This document shows, piece after piece, positions 14,086 to 27,859 of a stretch of 64,000 nt of DNA. Source of the DNA: Octopus vulgaris (lineage: Eukaryota); the NCBI GenBank assembly GCA_951406725.2, contig OX597820.1, forward strand, positions 91,202,001 to 91,266,000. Direction: 5' to 3'. A model generated the notes under the pieces. The model was not told where the DNA came from. It did no database searches and saw only the letters and a program-made list of their open reading frames with translations. The first letter of the stretch is position 1, and the number at the start of each line of letters is the position of its first letter. The position numbers and the translations under genes are program-made.

Positions 14086-14194
14086 TATATAAGAATTTTT
14101 TGTGTAATAAGATAAAAAAACCAAGGCTGTATAAATACTAGAGCATTTATACAGCCTTGGTTTTTTATCTTAGTACGCAAAAAATTCTTATATA
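14086..14194. repeat. Inverted repeat with ~54-bp arms beside (TA)n
   Basis: tatataagaattttttgtgtaataagataaaaaaaccaaggctgtataaat ... atttatacagccttggttttttatcttagtacgcaaaaaattcttatata. Confidence 0.9.
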
Positions 14195-14409
14195 CACACA
14201 CTGACAAAGAACCAACGTTGAACCCTTTATTCACAATATTACCGAATCTGGAACTTAACTGAGGTCTGTCTATAGCACTTATTCAGCATTACCTGGCACC
14301 TTTGGGTCTCAATGACACCATTATCTCTGATATATATATGCCTGTATATTTCTGTACTTGTCCCTCCATCATTTGACGTTTTATTTTATAAAATAATCAG
14401 TTATAATAA

Positions 14410-14612
14410 TAGTTTCAAATTTTAGCACAATACCAGCTACTTTGGTGGAGGGTCTAAGTTGTTTACATCTACCGCTACTTATTTTATTGACTCGAAAGGA
14501 TGAAAGGTAAAGCTAACCTCGGTGGAATTTGAACCCAGAACATAATGACAGACAAAATACAGCTAAGCATTTTATTACAGTGTGCTAGTGTGTGAACGAT
14601 TCTGCCAGCTCT
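14410..14612 (-). mobile_element. SINE family 2, diverged
   Basis: gaaaggatgaaaggtaaagctaacctcggtggaatttgaacccagaac...acgattctgccagctc is the reverse complement of family 2. Confidence 0.8.
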
Positions 14613-14625
14613 CTGTCTTTATTCA

Positions 14626-14626
<1 letters not shown>

Positions 14627-14683
<57 letters not shown>

Positions 14684-14705
14684 TAATAATAATAATAATA
14701 ATAAA
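14627..14705. repeat. (TAA)n microsatellite
   Basis: Directly visible. Confidence 0.95.
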
Positions 14706-16881
14706 AATAAAGTGCAAAGTTTTTTATGTACTTTTGTTCTTTGAGAAAATTTATCCTGTTTCACAACCATAAATTGATTAGATAGTATTATGGAGGATGA
14801 AAACTACAATGCTGAAATTTTCTGTGCTGATTTTAGTATGAAGCTGAAATCTTCTGCAGAGATTTTCTGATGGTGTATGAATAGACTATTTTATGATGAA
14901 AGATAAAATATACATAGAAAATGTTTTATTTTATCTTATTTTTCGTGCATGGTTTTGGTATGTCTGAATATTCTTGGATTGCACATTTATAGCTACATAT
15001 ACTTTGTATTTATAAACAATTTGGATGAAGTATTGTCTTGGTTTTCTGGTTAGCTAGTTAGAGGAAGATGCTCTTTACAAATAAGAGGTAGTCATTTATT
15101 TCATGTTGTTGTTGAAAATATGATCTGTCTGAAACAGGATAAAATTGTTAGAAATTTACATGTTATATTTTGTAAAATTTCATTTCAAGTAACTTATATT
15201 AGGAAAGATTTTGTGCAGAATTTGTGTTGCAGCATTCTTTTTCTATTTCTCCGTATTTCTATCATATCTCTTGAAAACCATTTTTTTTAGATAAATTCTT
15301 ATTCCTAGTAAAATTTATCATATCTCTTGAAAACCATTTTTTTTAAAGATGAATTCTTATTCCTCATATAATTAACTAAGTTCAATTCTCATGATAGTTT
15401 CTGCATCCAGTTCATTACATTCTGCAGCTAGCAAGACTGTCAAAACAAGCTTTAAAATAATTATTGTCTCTGTCATCTTACTTTGATTTTATGATAACCA
15501 GAAAGGTCTCTTTTGCTGTCATCTGATATACTTGACAGTAATAAAGACAACTAATTTAAAATGTCTAGAAGTTTTAATGTTCTATACTTTTACTGGTGAC
15601 TAAAAAAAAAGAAAAACAGCCTTTCTGTGAAATATAAAAAAATATGTGCTACCATGGAGAAGATAAAGCTGTAAACAACTTAAAAACAAGAAGGGAAACA
15701 AAACAAAAAAACCTTCTAATAGAAGAGGGAGTGTATTTTGCCTGATCTACTTGATAACTAATGTAAACAGGAAAGACACTTAAAGTAAATGAGCATAAAA
15801 GCAAATAAATTGGCTTCCAATAATTACAAACAAGTGTAATATTTTGTGTATATGATAACAATGGATGGTAGTACCATGTATTGATAACAGTTGGTGCCTA
15901 GCCTCATTTATCCTCAAACAAGCAGAAGCTAATATGGTGTTGGTTGATGAGAAACAAGTAGAACCTAATGTGATGTAGATTGATGATAAAGGCAAGGAAA
16001 GTGACAAAACAAAGAATTAAAGTACAAAAATGATATGAGAGAAAAAAATGTAACAGACCAGTGCAAAATTACACCAGTGTAGTAGAAGACAGACTTATTA
16101 TGATTAAAGTGAGCCCGATTGATTTGTAGACAGTCTTTCATGTTACAATGTTTAAATGCAAAAAAATAATGATATAGTGAAATGAAAATGAAAGTCTGTG
16201 TGAAGTATGTAATTGAATATTGAATCAAATGCAGGAGTAGAAAATACAATTTGAATATCCAATAGTAACCGAAGCTGACAAATAATTTCAATATTGATAG
16301 CAAGCAAAGATAAAATATTAGACAAATCATTGGCAAATACTATACACACTTTCACACAATTTAAAAACTGTATGAGTGAGTTTCTTTCATAGGAAACTGG
16401 AAAAAAAGATTTATTCCTTCTAGAGAGGTAATTAGTTAATATCAAATTCCTGTTTTCAGTTACATCAGAATAATGTTAGATACAATCTTGAATAAAATGA
16501 CTATCACTAAGAAGAAAATAGTCAGACAATTCCTTTAATAAAAAAATCTTGAAAATCACAAGCTATACATCATTTTAATGGTTCTTATGAGGAGTTAAAA
16601 ATGAATGCTTGCAAGTGGATAATGTTTTTCAGTCATAACAGAAACTATTTTGAAAAGATATATATATATGTTTTTATGCTAAGGCTAAATGTGTGAATCT
16701 GTCACATTGTTAGTCAAAGGGAAAGGCAAAAAGAGAGAGAGAGAAGAGTGTTAGCAGTAAGAGCTAGGAGAAAGGGATTGCTATTATGTTAAATAGATGA
16801 TTGAAGAAGAGGTGGAGAAGCAGAAAGAAAAAGAGAAAGAGAAGGATGGGGGGAATGTATTTAGAGCAGAGGCAATAGTAT

Positions 16882-17112
16882 AGCGAGCTGGCAGACTCGT
16901 TAGCATGCCGGACAAAATGCTTGGCGGTATTTCATCTGCCGCTATGTTCTGAGTTCAAATTCTACCGAGGTCGACTTTGCCTTTCATCCTTTCAGGGTTG
17001 ATTAAATAAATACCAGTTGTGCACTGGGGTCGATATAATCGACTTAATCCATTTGTCTGTCCTTGTTTGTCCCTTCTGTGTTTAGCCCTTTGTGGGTAGT
17101 AAAGAAATTGGT
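16882..17112 (+). mobile_element. SINE family 2 (tRNA-derived head; central gtcgactttgcctttcatcctttc domain, Meta-domain-like)
   Basis: gcgagctggcagactcgttagc...gagttcaaattc...gtcgactttgcctttcatcc...gtagtaaagaaat. Confidence 0.88.
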
Positions 17113-17471
17113 ATAGTTGTAAGAAGTGGAAGAGAGAGTGTGAGAAAGAGTATGTGTATTTATTGGTGGGAACATGACATTGATGTATCTATCTGAATTT
17201 TGGTTAAGCTGGTGCTTTCAGGTGTATGGTTCTGACTAGCCTCAACAAAGGCAAAATACATCTCTTGGTCCTGTGAGTCACTGCAGTGACAATGTTTCTC
17301 TAGCTCTGATATGAATTTCTAACTCAACAAGTTTATTAAGAGATTTTTACATCAGACAAACATTGAGTGATTCATTAATTATTTCAACACCCAGTCATAA
17401 TGCTGCAGAATCTGAGTAAGGCAGCTTCTTTCTGAGCAGATGCCATGCTGGGTGTCAGGGAGCAATTCATT

Positions 17472-17506
<35 letters not shown>

Positions 17507-18134
17507 GAACTGAAAGACAAGTATAGTTGTCACTATATATGTATATGTATATATATATAAAGATCTGTGTGCATATATATATATATATGTGTGTGTGTGT
17601 GTATGTATGTATAATCAGATGGTGTGACATCATATCATGAGAAGCTGGTTGTATCATGTGTTGATGATGTTAGGTTAATAAGCGATATGTTGCATAACTG
17701 CTGAAAGGCCTCTTTGTGGATGTGCAATTGATGAATAGTTGAAAATTAGTAAAAATGTGGAAGAGTCATGACAAAACTGATATTTAGAAGAATCGAGATA
17801 ATTCTTTATTGACTGTACACATATACAGAAATAATCTTTTGTTCATTGGTGCATTGCTTGAAAGTTAAATATTGATACTATATGTATACACAAAGGAAGC
17901 TGTGTATAGTTGGAAATGTTTTTAATTGATATACAAATAAACTTGTATATGTTTTATCTTTTACTAGTTCAGTCATTAGACTGCAGCCATACTGGAGCAC
18001 TGCCTTGAAGAAATCTTAGTCAAAAGAATTGGTCCTGGTGTTTATTCTGTTTAACCCTTTCATTACCAACCCGGCTGAAACTGGCTCTGGCTCTGTAGTA
18101 TAAATGTCTTGTTTTCATAAGTTTTGAATTAAAA

Positions 18135-18354
18135 TCCCTACCTGGACAGGACGCCGGTCCGTCGCAGGTGAGCTGCAAGATGCAAGAAAGTTGTGGTGAA
18201 AGAGTCAGCAGAAGTTCGCCATTACCTTCTACTGGAGCCACATGGAGCTTAGGTGTTTTGCTCATAAACACACACATCGCTCGGTCTGAGATTCGAACCC
18301 GTGATCCTTTGACCACGAGTCTGCTGCTCTAACCACTAGGCCATGTGCCTCCAC
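18135..18354 (-). mobile_element. SINE family 4 (V-domain-like, tRNA-derived head)
   Basis: Minus strand gtggaggcacatggcctagtggttagagc...ggttcgaatc (A/B boxes) and cctgcgacggaccggcgtcctgtccagg (V-SINE-like domain). Confidence 0.8.
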
Positions 18355-19012
18355 TATGACCTGGTTGATGATGTAGTTGCTATTTCAGAGTATAATAATA
18401 ACTTACAGTTGGTTATGAATGCTGGGTAAAGATTGCAAATGTGAAGTGAGAGTGTTGTTGCATGTTGGCAATAATTATGAAAGATATAGAACACAGAATA
18501 TGAAAAAGTATAAATATCTGGAATGTTAATGGTTTGGTTCAAAATCAATTGAAATGCAATTGCAAAGGGCTATGAATATTTAAGATAGACCTGAATTACA
18601 ATATTCTCATGCTGACGGAAGAGGAAAGTAAAAATCTCATAATAGAAATAACAAAGAAATAGACTCATAATTTTCAGATATTACAAAACAGCAAAGCTGG
18701 CAAAGAAAAAAGCGAAATAAGGCAAATGCATGCAAATTAAAGAAAAATTAATAAAAGAACAAAATATTGTTGACGGACAGATATGCAATTGCAATTTTCT
18801 GATATTTAAAATGGGAAATGAATTCATTACTTGATGAATGTGTATTTTGAAACACAATGAACGGGTGGAAGTGACAGTTGATTTATGTATATGCATGGCG
18901 AAATAGAAAAAAAGCCCCAAAACACAATGCCTGCAAGATGCAAGGGAATAAAAGAAGCATATGTATTTGTTTATAAATACATACATATATGTATACCTGT
19001 GTGTATACTTGT

Positions 19013-19049
<37 letters not shown>

Positions 19050-19351
19050 TAGGCAAAGGTTTACTTTAGACCTTTTATATGGCTTTTTGCAGTATTTCCT
19101 AGATAAGTGGAGTAATAGCAATGAGAATTAGGTATGGTGTTGGTACACAGGAGAAAAGATTGCATAGGAAGTATGGAATGGAGAACTGGTTGTGTTTCCT
19201 ATCCTTCTCTGTGTATTTCCTACATAACCACTTCTTATGTCTATCTAAACCATATCTAATACTCATTTACATTACTCCACCTGCCCCCCCAAAAAAAAGA
19301 CCCTGCAAAAAAAACTATGAAGAAAATCACAGTCTGATGACAGCTGGTAGG

Positions 19352-19435
19352 ACAAAGGTGCCATGCAGTGGGACTGAACCCGGAACCATGTGGTTCGCAA
19401 GCAAGCTACTTACCACACAGCCACTCCTACGCCTA
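19352..19435 (-). mobile_element. SINE family 1 head fragment
   Basis: aaggtgccatgcagtgggactgaacccggaaccatgtgg...cagccactcctacgccta. Confidence 0.85.
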
Positions 19436-20492
19436 TATATATATGTATATAAAGATATGTCATTTTTCTTCTTAGTCCATATTAGTAACTTTAGCATCTT
19501 TTGTCTCCTCTAAATTGTACTCAGAATATCTTCCTTTACCATTCTTGTATTAATGGCCAGTGTGTTACACATCAGAATCAAATGTAGAATTATGTAGGTG
19601 TGAAGTAAAATTTTTTACCACACAATCATGCCTATATTTTGTGTATAGTAGCCAGGGACATTATCTACTTAACATCATTGATTCCATCCTAGTTTCTCTA
19701 GTAGTTCTTGATGATGTCATAGGCAGTGTGTTTCCTCCTCAAACTGAAATGTGATAGAAACAACACATCAATGTACAAATTGCTTTACAATGTTGACTGA
19801 AGATCTTCATAAAAGTAGTTTCATTGTCAATAACATATATGTGTGCATATCTGTGTGTGTGTGTTTGCATATGTGTGTGTCTGCCTCAGTGTGTGTGTGT
19901 ATGTGTGTGCTTGTGTGTATGAAATCCTCATCGTGCTTTTCTCACTCCTCCTCATCGTCATCGTTTTAATGTCACCATTTTTATGATTGTCTAGATCAGA
20001 CAGAAATACTACAATGGAGTAGATTTTTCTATGGCTGGATGTCTTTGATGATGCTAAATACCACTTGTTCCTGAGTGAGGTTAAAATCTCTCCGTCTGTT
20101 GAACAACAAGCTGGTCAGACAAATGGCACTGTTTGAATGAGCCATTTGGTTACAAAAAAATCATTCAGCAAGCAGCATTGCTACATTTCAGTGACTGAAA
20201 CAAGTAACAAAGAAAAAAAAAAAAGAAAAAAAAAAAGCAAATATGCATGACATGAAGGTTACTGATTATAATTTTAATGAGTATTCTATATGTAAATTAC
20301 TGAATAGTTGGAAGTGTATGTCAAATTTCTTTCCCTCTTCAGTCAGCTTTTATATTCTTTTCTAATTTTACTGGTTTCAGTTGTTGGCTTGTAGCCATGT
20401 TGAGGTCCTGTCATCAGTGAGTTTTGTCAAGTATACAAATATCAACTCCAGTAATTTGTTCGTTACTCATTTCATTAATCTTAATTGAATTA

Positions 20493-20880
20493 ATAGATGC
20501 AAGAGTGGTTGTGTGGTAAGTAGCTTGCTTACCAACCACATGGTTCCAGGTTCAGTCCCACTGCATGGCACCTTGGGCAAGTGTCTTCTATTATAGCCTC
20601 GGGCCAACCAAAGCCTTGTGAGTGGATTTGGTAGATGGAAACTGAAAGAAGCCCATCGTATATATGTATATATATGTATGTATTTGTGTCTCTGTTCCCC
20701 TAACATCGCTTGACAACCGATGCTGGTGTGTTTACTTCCCCATGACTTAGCGGTTCAGCAAAAGAAAGACCAATAGAATAAGTACTAGGCTTACAAAAAA
20801 TAAGTCCTGGGTTCGATTTGCTTGACTAAAGGCGGTGCTCCAGCATGGCTCCAGTCAAATGACTGAAACAAGTAAAAGAG
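20493..20880 (+). mobile_element. SINE family 1, full length
   Basis: Complete head, body and tail. Confidence 0.93.
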
Positions 20881-22340
20881 GTCGAGTTAACCTATTTCTA
20901 GTGTTAACACCATTATACCATGATCAAACACACACAATATATGATGAGCTTCTGCACAGTTTCCCTCATAATCAGTCCAAAGTTATGGTGGAGTCCATTT
21001 GTTCAAGGTGATGTTCTGTGAGTTTGAACCTGAAACCATGCAAACTATAAAGCAAACTTGTTAACCACATAACTATATCTGTTCAGATATTCCTTTGGTT
21101 CTCATTTGTATCATTTTAGGTTATATTTCAAAATAAAGGTATTCACTTCCTCTATTTCTCACCTTCTCACTTTCATATATGTTCAAAATTATTTATTATT
21201 TTTTCTCATTCTTTTCATACTGCCAATACTGAAACAATTTTGTAACTTACTTCATTTCTTATTGCATTAGAAACTAACTACCAGTATCCATTATAATGAT
21301 TAAACATTTTTTTTTTTTTTGCTACATTATATGGGGTTCTCTCCTTAGGAACACTCTATTTTGAATTCTACAACTACATGTCATTACAGGTGTCTATTTT
21401 GAGTTAGACAAGTTTGCATGCTAATCATCTTCTGCTTAGTCCTATTCTTAGGAGCATTCTATTTTGATATGTGCAACTGTACATTTCTGATCATTGAATA
21501 TCGTTATTTTTGGTCAAACAAGTCTGCACAGTAGCAATCTTCATATGAGTTTTATACTCTAGAATACTTACATTGATTTCAATGGTTAGTTGTAATTAAG
21601 TAGAGTGAATATGAAAATTTTAGTCAATTTGTCTTGAGTTTAAACTGAGCACACCACTTTAAAATCTGAAGTACATTCATATCTAGATTATATCTCTTCT
21701 CCAATATCTACTGTCAAAGTGAAACATGTTTTTTGCTACACATAAAAGAAAGAATAGTGATAAAGATGTAAAGATGTGCATTTAATTACACACGTTTCAA
21801 AGGAATTTTTTAAAAATTAAGAGATGCATGCATTAATTATAGAAAATTTTTTAAAATGATATAAACACTAATACTTCAACATGAATAATTGCTTATTCAT
21901 TACATCAAATGGAAAGTGAAAACCGTTAGAATCCAAGAAGAGGCAGGGGAATATGCGATTACATATATTTATAATTTTAATAGAATTTTCAACATTAAAG
22001 AATCCCCCATTTTAGCTACCTGTATAAATGAATTGTGAGCCATGAGCATTTTAAGTAGCAAGTGGAATCTGTGGGTATTGTGCTAATTTGATAAGTCTCA
22101 TGATGTGTTAAATATTGTAATTAGTTGGTAAGCCATAACAAGCTATTATTTAGAGGAATTTATGACGTGGTTCGTAACTAGGAATCATACTTGACGTATC
22201 CAAATACTATGCTACATTTATATTAATAATCACTATAACAACTTATTAATTAAATTACTAACACATTTATAGATTTATAAATGCAGCAATTTATTGGAAT
22301 GTGAGAAAAGTAATGAATACCTGAAATATCCATCTTTTTC

Positions 22341-22367
<27 letters not shown>

Positions 22368-22371
<4 letters not shown>

Positions 22372-22543
22372 GTCCCGGGTTGAGTCGGGGTTAACCACAG
22401 TAAATAAGGTACTCAATACATAGCAGAGTAAATTAATTTATTTCATAGAAGGAGCTTCTACAGGACTAGAACTGTTTCATTCAAATGAAATCATCAGGAA
22501 GCTATGATTTCATTTGAATGAAACAGTTCTAGTCCTGTAGAAG
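22368..22543 (-). mobile_element. Penelope-like pLTR fragment ending in (TA)n, with fold-back copy
   Basis: Minus strand: hammerhead motif, then AATAAA, then 3' end running into (TA)n at 22343-22367. Perfect 40-bp inverted arms 22455-22494 / 22504-22543. Confidence 0.65.
22453..22503 (-). ncRNA. Type-I hammerhead ribozyme motif
   Basis: Minus strand: agcttc CTGATGA t-ttc-attt-gaa-t GAAAC ag-ttctagtc-ct GTA gaagct. Stem I agcttc/gaagct, short stem II, stem III acag/ctgt, GUA cleavage triplet. Confidence 0.75.
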
Positions 22544-22943
22544 TTATAATTGCATTTAAACCCAATAAAATTTTTAATCATCATCATCATCGTCATCACC
22601 ATCATCATTATTAACACAATTTTATACCTGATTTTCGAGCTGGTGTGGATTACATGGTATTTTCTGGGTCAATGTTTTATAGCCAGAAACCCTTCTTGTT
22701 GCCAACCATTTTTTTCTGCCATTTCTTATGACTTGTAGGGATGAGGTAAATGTATTCTAAAACAGAGGTACATATTGTAAAACTGAAAAGTGTTAATAAT
22801 GGATGTTAAAAACCAATTGTAAGACTGTATTGCAAATTTAATTAATTTTATAACTAAATTCATCCTAAGTGGAACCTGAAATGCATATAACACACATTAT
22901 AATTTCCTTGAATTAAGAATATAAATCCCTCTCTCTCTTCTTG

Positions 22944-22990
<47 letters not shown>

Positions 22991-23465
22991 AACAAAAATG
23001 CAATAGAGGACAATAAATCATTTGGACAGGTAGATGATGCAAAGGTGGACATGAGAAACAACAATTAGAAAATTAGAAGGACAGGCAAGAAAAAAAACAG
23101 GTCATTTGTGGCCTTATTGCCTCAGTCAAACACCAAAAGTCAGGACCATTTCTGGCAGTTACACTTGAGACGGTTTGATCTGGTTGCTCCTGCAAAAAAA
23201 TCTAAGTTAAAGGCATTAGATCACCTTTTAAGAAAGCTAGCGAATGTGTACAGCAACAAAAGCACAAAGACAAAAAGCAGTGAACACGTTACACAAAAGA
23301 CAAAAAAAAAAAAAAAAACGGAAAACCTGGTACACAATTATGAATACAAGCAACAAGAAAATAACAACAGGCGTCTTCAACTGATAACGAATCCAATTGA
23401 GCTGGTGTATATGAAGTGAAAGTGTAAAGGCAGGAATGCGCGTGTGTGTGTGTGTGTGTATACAT

Positions 23466-23930
23466 ACATTCAGAGAGCTACTACTTCTGCTGGCAACAAA
23501 AGAACTCTCTCTCAGAGTGAAAGGTAGACTATATGATGCTTGTGTGTAAACAGCTATACCCCATGGTAGTGAGACATGGGTTCTGAATGGAGATGACATA
23601 CATAGACTGGAGAGAAATGAAGGTAGCATGTTTCACTGGATGTGCAACATCAGCGTGCATGTACAACAAAGTGCAAATATATTGAGGGAAAAATTGGGCA
23701 TAAGAGGAATCAAATGTAGCATAGAAGAGAGAAGACTACATTGGTTTGGAAATGTAATGCCTATGAATGAGGACAGCTGCATAAAGAAGTGCTGATCACT
23801 GAAAGTGGATAGTGCCATTAGAAGAGGGAGACACAGAATGAAGTGGTAAGGACTGATTTCAGGATGTTAGGCCTCATGGAAGAAATGACAATGGACTGAG
23901 TTGTCTGGTGATATGAAGTTCTTGAGAAAA
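23466..23930 (+). mobile_element. RTE LINE 3' fragment (decayed)
   Basis: FRELLLLLATKELSLRVKGRLYDACV*TAIPHGSETW...RLERNEGSMFHWMCNIS...RRLHWFGNVM matches the RTE ORF C-terminus (LYGSETW, RLRWFGHV). Confidence 0.85.
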
Positions 23931-24864
23931 CTCACCTACATCAGTGAAACTGAATTCTAGAAGCACTGTGTCCCACTCACACTTAAGAAAAAACTTCTCA
24001 CACACTCTACCACAACAGATCAAAATACATCTCTACATCTCTTCTCTTCCTCACCTTTCCAGTTCATGCTCTATGCTTACCTCTCACTCTTCAATCCTGT
24101 CCTCTTGGCCCTGTGCCACCACTGTAACATTGCTCTCCACTTGCCCCTGATATGTATGTTCCACCCACACACCTGTCTCACTGTATCATTGCTATCTGCT
24201 AGCCCCCAACCTGTGTATTCCACCCACATATAACAAGAAAACTTTTTCCATACCCTACCCCAACAAACCAATCTACATCTCTTCCCTTTATCACCTTTCC
24301 TTCTTCATACACTATGCCTAGCTCTCACTCACTAATCTTGTCCTCATGGCTCTGTTCCTCTGTATCATTGCTATCCGGTAACCCCAAGACTCTGTATATA
24401 ACCAGGCTTTTTCCCACTCACGCCCTACTTCTGCCCTCTTTAGTTACACTTCCTTCACAATATCCTGCCACTTATATTATAGCATTCAAACCTCAAGGGT
24501 ATGCCCTGGCACTTGCCATCATTTATATCTCTCTCTGCCTTTACTCAATCATTCCATTTATATTCTGATTGCCATCCTTTGTGAATATGCCCAGTACTAT
24601 GCTACCATCTCTATCCTGCAGTCTCTCTCTCTCTCTCTCCTTCTCTTGCATTTCCCTCAGGTTGGGTAAACATGTATTTCTTTTGCTGCAGCACACTTGT
24701 TTCTGTCTTCATTCCTAATCTCTCTCTCTCTCTCTCTCTCCCTCTCCCTCTCTCTCTGCCAGGTACATTCTTTACAGCAAGACACCCGTTTCTCACTATA
24801 ACCTTTCATCATCTGACACAAGATCACCTCCGCCAATGTGCCCTTCCCTCTCAAAATAGATTTT

Positions 24865-25103
24865 TATTTGTCAGTGCCGGTGCCACTTAAAAGTACCATG
24901 CCAAAACTGATCTTGCCTGTACTACTGCCACATAAAAAGTACTAAGTCCACTCTACAGAGTGGTTGGAATTAGGAAGGGCATCCAGCTATAAAAATCATA
25001 CCAAAGCAGTTACAGAAGTCTGGTGCAGGCTTCTGCCTGGCCGGCACTTGTCAAACCATCCCACCCATGCCAGCATGGAAGGCAGACATTAAACAATGAT
25101 GAT
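24865..25103 (+). mobile_element. SINE family 3, 3' part
   Basis: gtggttggaattaggaagggcatccagcta...acccatgccagcatggaaggcagacattaaacaatgatgat. Confidence 0.8.
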
Positions 25104-25280
25104 ATATATATATACATAGATATACACACACACACATATATATATACACACACACATATATATTTACACATACATACACACACACACATATATATATATA
25201 CACATACACACACACATACATACATATACACACACATATATACATACATATATATATATCATCATCATCGTTTAACGTCC

Positions 25281-25311
<31 letters not shown>

Positions 25312-25501
25312 CATATACATACATATATTCACGTATATATATTTATATATGCATGTATATATACATGTAGATGTAGGTACGTACATATATGTTTGTATGC
25401 ATGCATATATTTTATTTATTACATTATTGTCTGACAGCGTGTTCGCGTCAGGGTCGATTCGATTCGTCGTTTCATCCCACTTCCCTTCCTCCCAGTTTTG
25501 T

Positions 25502-25533
<32 letters not shown>

Positions 25534-26097
25534 CACACACACACATACATACTAGCAGTGTAGATAACTTCCCCATGACTGAAGTGAAGCTAGAACACTG
25601 GATGGCATAGTTTCATCCAAATGGGAATTGTCAACACTGTGCCATCATCACATATATATCCTTGGATGTTCTTTTATTTGCTTTGTAATTTTCATATACG
25701 TTTTTGAGTTGTTAAATTTCTGTATTTAAGACAAAACTCGTCATTTAAAATAAGGCCAGAAATCGTTTGCCCTTCTATTATTGCTTGAATTATGAAAGTT
25801 TGCTGAAAATTAATGTGATCCATCATTTAGAAAAGATACACAACACTGGATGTAAATCACAGCATTTCTAAAAAACATATCGGAAAATATCCACAAAATC
25901 ATATAGGAAAACATATAGAAAAATGTCCACAATATACAAAAACATAAGAAAATCTCCACAATAATTTGGAACACTTATGTAATCAAGTGCCTTACCTCTC
26001 GTAAAATTCTTCATAATGAATTATTCACTCTGCTTGTCACAGAATTTATAAGAGAAATAACATGCATGACATCGTTTGCATGAATGGCAAGTAAACA

Positions 26098-26980
26098 TAT
26101 GAAGCATGTTAAAAAACTATCCAACATTTTCCTGCCAAAACTAATGTTGTGTGAGCAAAATTCTTTGGGTAGGAGATAACGACACTGTTTGTGTATGTGT
26201 TAGAACTTTTGCTCCAGTAGGCCATGTCTGTTCCTGGCTATTATGCATAGAGACATGTAGTGAACACACACACTGGATTTTCGTTTTCATGGCAAATGAC
26301 CAAACACATGAGGCAGAGATAATACATCAAGTTTTGCCAAAAGCTTGGTGATACTCAAGCTGGAACCAACCAGGAGATTCAGCAGGCTTTTTTAGAAGAT
26401 ACTGTGAGCAAAACCCTGATTAAAAAGTGGTACAACTGCTTCAAACATGGCTGCATCTTTGTGGAGACTATGGCATGTTCAGGCATGCAGTTCACAAGCC
26501 AAAATGAAGAGTCAATTAAGAATGTTTGGCAAATATTCATCGGAGACCATTGTGTAACAATCCTGGAAATCACTCATGAAGTGGGAATAAGCTCAGAATC
26601 AGTGCATTACAATTTAACAAAGGATTTGTGCAATTGGAGAGCAAATAAAGCCAGATACATCTTGAATGCATCTTGTAATCCAAGGTTTCCTGGTCAAGAA
26701 CAACACACCACTTGTTCAACAGACTCCTTACATTCCCAACTTTGCACTGTATGATATCTGACTTTTCAGGAAAAGAAAATATGAGAAAAGCAGTTGTGGA
26801 GCTCCATAGCTTACCAGAGAAGGGGTTCCAAATGTGTTACCAACAGAGGTAGAACTACTGGAAGAAGTGTGTGAACTCTCAAAGGGAGTATTTTGAAGGT
26901 GATTAAATAAAATTTGTGAAATATGTAAAAATTGTTCATTTAAGCCCAAAGATCAGATACTTTTTCAATGCACCATGTGG
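26098..26980 (+). mobile_element. Internally deleted, decayed mariner (Tc1/mariner) transposon
   Basis: N-terminal HTH IKFCQKLGDTQA...KTLIKKWYNCFKHG...VTILEITHEVGISSESVHYNLTKDL; QTPYIPNFALYDI*LF (YSPDLAP-like); C-terminal [16 protein letters not shown]. Degenerate TIRs ttaaaaaactatccaac / gatcagatactttttcaa. Confidence 0.85.
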
Positions 26981-27027
26981 ATCAATTATCTCCTACTGTG
27001 GCCCATATGTGTGCGTGGGTATGTGTA

Positions 27028-27058
<31 letters not shown>

Positions 27059-27859
27059 GTATACATTTATGTATGTATAAATATGCATACATATATACAT
27101 AAATATATGTATGCATCTACATATATATATACATACATATGGAAATTGAAAGAAGCCTATTATACATAAATGTGTGTGTTTATGGGAATTTGTGTGTGTG
27201 TATGATTGCATGAATACTTACTTTCTGATATCACTATTTGTAGCTAAGCGGCAAATGGTAATGTTTGTTGGCATTTACTGTATAAGATTATCTGCTTGTG
27301 CTGCATTCTGGAATAAAATTAATCTCTGACTTGAATGGGATCTAGGGACTGGCAACAGGAAGAGCATCTGGTCATAAAAATTCTGCCTGAGATATAGCTC
27401 GTCTAACCTATCTAAATCTGGAAAAATAAATCTTAACTAAGCAAATGGTAATGAAAATAAACTTTTAATAAATATGAATATGAATAGTTAAAGTTTGATG
27501 TTTTTTAAATGAGATTTATTTTACATATTGTAAAGATATTTGGATTACCAAACCATTAAAAAATAATGACTATATTGAGAGATTTTCTCATGTTTTTCTT
27601 AAGAGATTTATACTTAAATAAGATTAAGAAAAAGTATAAGCAGATGAATCCTCTGTCTCACAATAATGAAAATATTCTTGAAAGACCTACTGTCTTTACA
27701 AATTGTATTTCCTGTTCAGTCCATCTTCATAATTTCTAACCTCATACATCTAATCCTTCCGGAGATATCTACCTTGTAGTAAATATCTCCAGAAAAAGAG
27801 TGAACTATATTATACAAATGGAGTAATTCCTGCTTTAAGTAAAGCTGGCTACTCTTATG

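Noticed and set aside
15259-15365. Small tandem duplication (also 41835-41903 and 25880-25960)
   Set aside because: Ordinary short local duplications with no further structure.
20360-20425. Minus-strand CTGATGA...GAAAC hammerhead
   Set aside because: Lies in a decayed SINE tail, and stems I and III cannot form.
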